A DNA stretch of 32,000 nt. It comes from Psychrobacter sp. DM4 (lineage in GTDB: Bacteria > Pseudomonadota > Gammaproteobacteria > Pseudomonadales > Moraxellaceae). The position numbers and the translations under genes are program-made. A model generated the notes under the pieces. The model did not search any database and was not told where the DNA came from. It saw only the letters and a program-made list of their open reading frames with translations. Where the stretch lies: contig NZ_CP195536.1 in assembly GCF_051307035.1 (NCBI RefSeq), positions 2,760,001 through 2,792,000 of the forward strand, in the 5' to 3' direction. Positions 26,737 to 32,000 of this stretch are shown here, piece after piece (position 1 is the stretch's first letter; the number at the start of each line of letters is the position of its first letter).

Positions 26737-27629
26737 TGAGCGAATCTCCATATAACCACATTCATGAGAAGTTTAGGCATATTGCTCATCTACCCGATAA
26801 ACAGAGGATTGAATTTATCCATTCTCCAAGGTGGGTGGGTTACAACACTGCCAATCAGGTTATTGATGTGATGCAAGGGCTCATGAATCATGTGAAGCAG
26901 CATCGTATGCCAAACTTGCTACTTATTGGTGATTCCAATAATGGCAAAACCACAATCATAAATCGATTTTATGACAAGTTTGGAGAGAATTATACGGCTG
27001 ATGAGGAATTAATCATTCCTCTAATCAAAATACAAGCACCCCCGACTGCCAGTGAAAAGGATCTGTACATCTCTATTATTGAGGCGTTTCAATTGCCGTA
27101 CAGACCCACCGATGCTGCTAGTAAATTAAGATATCAAGTCGTTAATGCGTTTAGACACACCAACGTCAAAATGCTTATTATCGATGAGGTTCATTCAATG
27201 CTCACAGGTACTGCTAGACAGCAAAGATCGATCATGAATGTGATCAAGTTCTTATGTAATGAGTTGCTTATGCCTATCGTACTATGTGGCACTAAAGACG
27301 CTATTCGTATTCTACACACAGACCCGCAACACGCGAGTCGCTTTGATGTTGCCGAGCTTTCTCTATGGTCAAATGATAAAGAATTTAAACGTCTGGTTGG
27401 TAGTTTTGAGAAGATTTTACCGCTTAAAAAGCCCTCTAAACTTATTGAGACTGAAAAAGTTAATCTGATATATAGCATTAGCACAGGCAACCTTGGCGAT
27501 GTTAAACGCTTAATTAATGATTGTGCTATTAGCGCCATCGAATCAGGTGAAGAAGAAATCACTGTTGAAAATATTAGGGGTAAGTCGTGTCTGAAACCTA
27601 CCAAAGGGCTACGCAAAATTATTGGGTAA
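26736..27629 (+). CDS. tnsC: Tn7 TnsC/TniB-like AAA+ ATPase (short form)
   Basis: Walker A GDSNNGKTT, Walker B MLIIDEVH. Its ATG shares one base with the tnsB TGA. Confidence 0.85.
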   Translation: MSESPYNHIHEKFRHIAHLPDKQRIEFIHSPRWVGYNTANQVIDVMQGLMNHVKQHRMPNLLLIGDSNNGKTTIINRFYDKFGENYTADEELIIPLIKIQAPPTASEKDLYISIIEAFQLPYRPTDAASKLRYQVVNAFRHTNVKMLIIDEVHSMLTGTARQQRSIMNVIKFLCNELLMPIVLCGTKDAIRILHTDPQHASRFDVAELSLWSNDKEFKRLVGSFEKILPLKKPSKLIETEKVNLIYSISTGNLGDVKRLINDCAISAIESGEEEITVENIRGKSCLKPTKGLRKIIG

Positions 27630-28744
27630 AACCACTGACTTTTGCAACACCTTTTTTATATGGCGAGAGCTTAACGTCTTGGCTGGTACGAGCCGCGCTT
27701 AAGCATGGGTGTAGTCCTTTGACCTTTACCTACTATTATTGGCCCCAGTATCGGATATGGACGTATGATGCTGACAAAGGCTTTAGTCACTTCGATGGAC
27801 AAATCACCTCGGATATCGCGATATTAACGGGTCATAACGTCGATACTTTTGATGATCAGATATTAATTGATTTCTCAGAGGATACGTCTATTAAGTCAGA
27901 CAACAAATCACCCCTGCAATGGACAACCCCTTTATCAAAACGCAACCGCTATTCAAGACTAGGCTATCCCTACTGTCCTGATTGTATGGAGGACGATAAG
28001 GAGGCTTACCTTAAATTGCAGTGGCGCTTTACATGGTCTGTTTGCTGCACTAAGCATAAGACTTTCTTGCAGGTGAATTGTGGGCACTGCAATCAGCCCT
28101 ACCAACCCCAGCTTTTGAGTCCAGAACAGCGGTTTATCAATCGCTGTCACTCCTGTCTTGGCAAGATGGATCAGGCTATATCAAATGCTATACCTAGCGA
28201 GGCGCTTCATAAGTTTCAACAGCTTGCAGATGAGGCTTTTTACAGTAAGCAAGGTATCGTCTTAGGCCAAGTTGTTAGTATGGTTCAGTGGTTTGAGCAC
28301 CTGTTATTTTTAATTAATTTGGTTAGGCGAGGTCTGAAAAACCCTAACTATATGTTTGGCAAGCTTATAGCTGCATTAGGGATTGATACCGATACCCTAT
28401 CCCTACCTAAAACAGCGCTTAGATTTGATTTTTTGCCTGTTGGTGAGAGAGTGGCACTGCTTGAATGCGCCTATCGCTTACTACAGGTAGATGCTAATGA
28501 TTGGATTAATGTCTGCTTTGATCTTGATATTACTCAAAATAGCTTTCAATGGTCAAAAAGTACGGTTACCCCTAAAGCTTTTAGTGAGGTGCACGACCAA
28601 CTTCATAGAGTACCTACGCGGAGTTATGGGGCGCAGTCAGAGGATATGAAGCCTGCCTCACCCAAGGTAGTAATGGCGTCATGGAATAGACTTAAGCGCA
28701 AGATGCAAATGAGGGATAGTTATGATAAACATAAAAAAGGCTAA
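27587..28744 (+). CDS. tniQ: TniQ/TnsD-family target-selection protein
   Basis: TniQ N-terminal signature PFLYGESLTSWLVRAALKHG. Cys clusters CPDCMEDD...CCTKH and CGHCNQPY...CHSC. GTG start with an AGGGG Shine-Dalgarno 7 nt upstream. Overlaps tnsC by 43 nt. Confidence 0.8.
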   Translation: MSETYQRATQNYWVKPLTFATPFLYGESLTSWLVRAALKHGCSPLTFTYYYWPQYRIWTYDADKGFSHFDGQITSDIAILTGHNVDTFDDQILIDFSEDTSIKSDNKSPLQWTTPLSKRNRYSRLGYPYCPDCMEDDKEAYLKLQWRFTWSVCCTKHKTFLQVNCGHCNQPYQPQLLSPEQRFINRCHSCLGKMDQAISNAIPSEALHKFQQLADEAFYSKQGIVLGQVVSMVQWFEHLLFLINLVRRGLKNPNYMFGKLIAALGIDTDTLSLPKTALRFDFLPVGERVALLECAYRLLQVDANDWINVCFDLDITQNSFQWSKSTVTPKAFSEVHDQLHRVPTRSYGAQSEDMKPASPKVVMASWNRLKRKMQMRDSYDKHKKG

Positions 28745-30146
28745 GCATCAATGCGACTCCTGCGGTAATAAAGATGTTGAGATAAAAAGACGCTATAAAG
28801 ATGATACTTACTGCGCTAATTGTTATCGGATATGGTTTATCAAAAAGCCTTGCAGTCAGTGCAGCGAGATAAATCGTCTGCACAAAAAGGAAGATTTTGC
28901 CGTCTGTAGAGCTTGTCGTATGAATCAGCCTTGTACTCGCTGTGGCGGCGAGGCGGTTAAAGATGGGGCTAATACTGAATACGGGCGCGTGTGCCAAACC
29001 TGTTATCAGGGCTATTTTAAGACCAAAAAAGAGTGTTTTGAGTGCGGTAAGTTTAAAAGAGGGGTTTGTAGCTATTCAAAATTGTCTCATGATCATGGGG
29101 TATGCGTAAGCTGCTACCAAAGTCATTTTAGAGAAACTTGTCCTCTTTGTCACAAATATAGAGAGCTTGTCACTACTGATACAGGTGTTATGTGTCACAA
29201 ATGCCATGAGTTCGGTGAGATACCCTGCGAGAGTTGCCACAAGCTTATGCCTGCTGGTATGGGTAAAAGATGTGATAGTTGTTATTGGTCACAGAGACTT
29301 GAGCATGAGGCCAAGATTAATACTTACCTTTTGACTGATGGTGTGATGAGACAAGCTTATACTGCTTTCACAATATGGTTCGAGACCGAGCTTGATAGCA
29401 AGACTGCTGTGCTTAAACATAATAATTATATCGATTTCTTTGTTCGCTGTGATGAGCTATGGGGCAAAATACCAAATTATGAGTCATTGCTACAAGAGTT
29501 CAAGCCTAACGGCCTACGTGTGTATCTAACAGCGCTACGATGGCTGATTAAAACCAAGCAAGTTGTGGTAGATCCTGATGTCAAAAGTCAGATTGCAGAA
29601 GAAGAGCGTATCGTGAATTTACTGGCTAAATTTGATGGCAAAGCGCCTCACTGCATCAGTGATTATCACAATTATTTAGAGCATAAGTTACTTAATGGTG
29701 AAACATCGCTTAAATCAGTCAGGTTAGCCTTGCAGCCTGCAATAGACCTATGTACTCAGTTTAGACTTGAAGGCTCAAATACGCCAATTCAGGAACAAAT
29801 AGACGGGTATTTGCTGATTAAGCGAGGTCAACGTAATGCGCTCTATGGCTTCGTGATGTTTTTGAATAGAAAATGTGGGTCAAGCCTAGTTTGCGTAAAA
29901 CCCTCTAAAGATTCAGTCTTAAAAGCCAATCGAGGTGAGATTGAAAGGCAGATGATGGCGCTCAGTAACCAGCCTAAGCCATTGTCGGACAAAGATAAGT
30001 TGACTTGGTTGCAGCTTGGTATGGCTTATTTTCATCAAGTAAATATTCAGTTAAAGATACTCAAGACATTAACTATCCATCCATGCGATGAAGAGATGTC
30101 AAAAATAATATTTAATGACAAAGAGTATTGGTTGCCAATACTCTAA
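28722..30146 (+). CDS. Six-zinc-ribbon protein with alpha-helical C-terminal domain; candidate TnsF/TniE-like target selector
   Basis: Six consecutive CxxC-x(13-20)-CxxC units in residues 11-187, then about 285 aa with SAM-like/recombinase-N-like helical repeats. ATG with a GAGGGA Shine-Dalgarno. Overlaps tniQ by 23 nt. Fifth gene of the transposition operon. Confidence 0.6.
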   Translation: MINIKKAKHQCDSCGNKDVEIKRRYKDDTYCANCYRIWFIKKPCSQCSEINRLHKKEDFAVCRACRMNQPCTRCGGEAVKDGANTEYGRVCQTCYQGYFKTKKECFECGKFKRGVCSYSKLSHDHGVCVSCYQSHFRETCPLCHKYRELVTTDTGVMCHKCHEFGEIPCESCHKLMPAGMGKRCDSCYWSQRLEHEAKINTYLLTDGVMRQAYTAFTIWFETELDSKTAVLKHNNYIDFFVRCDELWGKIPNYESLLQEFKPNGLRVYLTALRWLIKTKQVVVDPDVKSQIAEEERIVNLLAKFDGKAPHCISDYHNYLEHKLLNGETSLKSVRLALQPAIDLCTQFRLEGSNTPIQEQIDGYLLIKRGQRNALYGFVMFLNRKCGSSLVCVKPSKDSVLKANRGEIERQMMALSNQPKPLSDKDKLTWLQLGMAYFHQVNIQLKILKTLTIHPCDEEMSKIIFNDKEYWLPIL

Positions 30147-30176
30147 AATTAGCTCTAAAAACTAAAATATGTGATT

Positions 30177-32000
30177 TCATTCACCTGAATATTCATATAC
30201 TAACCTTTGTAAAGATTGCATTACGTATTCTATTTTTAAAAAGCGACCAAATGCAAAATTTTGTAGTACTCTATATAAGAACTTTCGATGGTTATTGTCG
30301 CTGCATACAATCATAAATCTTAAAACGAGCTTCGCAAGCCTATCTTCTGCAACTAAACCATCAATACTTTTTATAGCTTTTGTCATACATGCTGATATTG
30401 CCTGCTCTATTATAATACGATGTACCTTATTACCCTGCACACCATACATATTATTTACGATTGAAGCTTCTAGGTAAATCTTACCAATTAAGCTGTTATG
30501 AACTATCCTTTTATTGAATCCTATAAGTACTATGTTTTTCATTAAGCTTGCCAATAATGATACCGCTATTTCAGAGTCGGGAAAGTTTATAGTCGTATCG
30601 TTCAAAAGGTTCGTAAGTATAATTAAATCATCTATTTCCTTAGATAGCTCAATAAGGTCAGTTAAGTAATACTGGAAATAAAGTCCGTAGAAAGCCATGT
30701 ATTTTAAAGCGTTTTTTCTATCATCAAACGTTAAATATTTTTCATCAGTAAATTTCATCACTAAATGATGAAGGCTGATCAGATTACATTCAGTGCCAGT
30801 TTTTATAAATCCGCCGATAACGGAATCTAGGCATAGCCAAGGTATTTCGTGAGATAGTGCAATTTTTATGCTACTGAAAACAGAATCACTGACCAATCCT
30901 AAGTTTTTGACCTCAGAAACGATAGTTGGTAAATCAAACTCCTTAGGTTTTTCTATAATAGAGTTATCTAGCAGTGTTTGCAGGGCACAAATTAGTTCGC
31001 CATGAAAATAGTGAGTGCTATTAGAATTGATTGTGCTAACTTGACCTTCGTATTCATTAATTCTTAGAAAACTATCGTTAGTTACATTACTTATCCAAAG
31101 CCTAATTGCTCTGTCTGTTTCTTCACTGACGTAAATTGATGTTCCTAAAAGGAGCATGGATTTATACAAGTTAGTCACACATAAATATAGTATGCCGTAA
31201 ATATCAACTGTTAGAGCATTGAACTCTGTTATATCGCTATACGACTTAGTTAAACACTTGTTGGCGTTTTTATTTAGCAACAGGCTATGTACTATTTCTA
31301 CTTCTTCCTTAACCATACTACTTTGTATAGCTTTCATACCTTTTACATAGAGAGGTAAGTCAGACTTACGCAAGAACTCTTCAATACTCTCTTCAATAGG
31401 GTTATCTTGCTTAATTTTTTGTAGATAAGCACTCAAATCTTCAAGAGGGCTAACCTCACTTAATTTAATTTTTTCAAATAACGGTTTAGGGTAATTGTGC
31501 TGTGATTCATCAACAATTTTCATAGCAAGATCGTATATAGTGGCACTAACAGTCTCACGTTCTAAAAGTTTAACCGTTTCTAAACGGTACTGAGCTTCGC
31601 CACCTATATCTAAATTATTCAACTTTTTCCCAAGCTCACTTTCGATGCTAATTAAATCTTTATGTATGGCTAAATTACTATCGACTAATAGCTTTAAATA
31701 TTGTTTGCCATCTATCTCATAGGTAACGCCTCCATAGACGTTTTCAAAAACTTTGTCCTCTTCAAAGTTATTATTAACGCGACTGCTAAAAGAGTTTAGA
31801 TAGAAATTGGTTATTATAGGGGCGCTTTTGTACGGGTTATCTATGAATAGTTTGACTATAACAGCTTCTATAAAGTCAAAATCTATAAAGAAACCAACTT
31901 GGAATAGAAAAAACTCAAACTCATGTTTATCTAACGAGAATAAAGGAGTAGGAATACGAGATAGTTGCTGTTTTGCTAGCTTTGGATCTTCTCCACCTTC
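30177..32000 (-). CDS. Large hypothetical protein, transposon cargo, 5'-partial (at least 607 codons)
   Basis: The ORF-track entry starts at TTG 31622. My translation of the reverse strand from 32000 to 31623 gives 126 further in-frame sense codons (EGGEDPKLAKQQLSRIPTPLFSLDKHEFEFF...) with no stop and no ATG/GTG. About 28% G+C in one counted line. No motif recognised. Confidence 0.65.
   Translation of the reverse strand, partial: EGGEDPKLAKQQLSRIPTPLFSLDKHEFEFFLFQVGFFIDFDFIEAVIVKLFIDNPYKSAPIITNFYLNSFSSRVNNNFEEDKVFENVYGGVTYEIDGKQYLKLLVDSNLAIHKDLISIESELGKKLNNLDIGGEAQYRLETVKLLERETVSATIYDLAMKIVDESQHNYPKPLFEKIKLSEVSPLEDLSAYLQKIKQDNPIEESIEEFLRKSDLPLYVKGMKAIQSSMVKEEVEIVHSLLLNKNANKCLTKSYSDITEFNALTVDIYGILYLCVTNLYKSMLLLGTSIYVSEETDRAIRLWISNVTNDSFLRINEYEGQVSTINSNSTHYFHGELICALQTLLDNSIIEKPKEFDLPTIVSEVKNLGLVSDSVFSSIKIALSHEIPWLCLDSVIGGFIKTGTECNLISLHHLVMKFTDEKYLTFDDRKNALKYMAFYGLYFQYYLTDLIELSKEIDDLIILTNLLNDTTINFPDSEIAVSLLASLMKNIVLIGFNKRIVHNSLIGKIYLEASIVNNMYGVQGNKVHRIIIEQAISACMTKAIKSIDGLVAEDRLAKLVLRFMIVCSDNNHRKFLYRVLQNFAFGRFLKIEYVMQSLQRLVYEYSGE

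Larger units (their letters stand above)
23963..32000 (+). mobile_element. Tn7-like (Tn6022-type) transposon inserted in comM; tnsA-proximal end and core genes present, distal end beyond the window
   Basis: A terminal 5'-TGT sits at 23963, directly abutting the broken comM. Repeated end motifs, tnsA-tnsB-tnsC-tniQ and an extra selector-like gene follow, then AT-rich cargo. No inverted copy of the end motif (ATTATGACA) was found up to 32000. Confidence 0.85.

Noticed and set aside
30128-30477. Two short plus-strand ORFs (62 and 60 aa) downstream of the fifth transposon gene.
   Set aside because: Both are antisense to the long minus-strand cargo ORF, which has much stronger coding support through a long stop-free run in AT-rich DNA.
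23963-32000. A CRISPR-associated transposon (CAST).
   Set aside because: The visible 8 kb contains no cas genes and no repeat-spacer array. The comM insertion and the zinc-ribbon fifth gene point instead to protein-guided, Tn6022-type targeting. The unseen distal cargo cannot be excluded.

Overview
This is a chromosomal segment of a gammaproteobacterium. Gene content and protein flavour look Moraxellaceae/Psychrobacter-like, but that is unverified.

Left third: the tail of the Na+-NQR operon (nqrB 3' end, nqrC, D, E, F), then an SDR oxidoreductase, apbE, an NhaD-type antiporter and nqrM. A CynX-like MFS transporter and a co-directional tesA-like/ybbA/ybbP operon follow.

Centre (about 14.4-16.7 kb): an AT-rich two-gene insert on the minus strand. 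Spot counts give about 30% G+C here, against 58% in the one ybbP line counted; the flanking genes look GC-normal by eye. The genes are an XRE-HTH/ImmA-IrrE zinc peptidase and a DUF4411 PIN-like nuclease, joined by an ATGA overlap. The insert is bracketed by two long imperfect hairpins that look GC-normal, a 15-nt near-repeat and an orphan plus-strand terminator. This is the best candidate in the window for an uncharacterised toxin-antitoxin or defence-type module, possibly with an RNA component.

Next come avtA, hchA, a small membrane protein, hisH-hisB, a small GNAT-like ORF, tRNA-Phe(GAA), a DUF4385 protein and gph.

Right quarter: comM is cut at 23962/23963 by a Tn7-like (Tn6022-type) transposon. 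It has a TGT-terminal end with four TGTCA(T/A)A repeats and translationally coupled tnsA-tnsB-tnsC-tniQ. These are followed by a 474-aa protein with six zinc ribbons, a TnsF/TniE-like candidate target selector. The AT-rich cargo begins with an unknown ORF of at least 607 codons that runs off the window edge.

No CRISPR array, cas gene, rRNA or integrase was seen.
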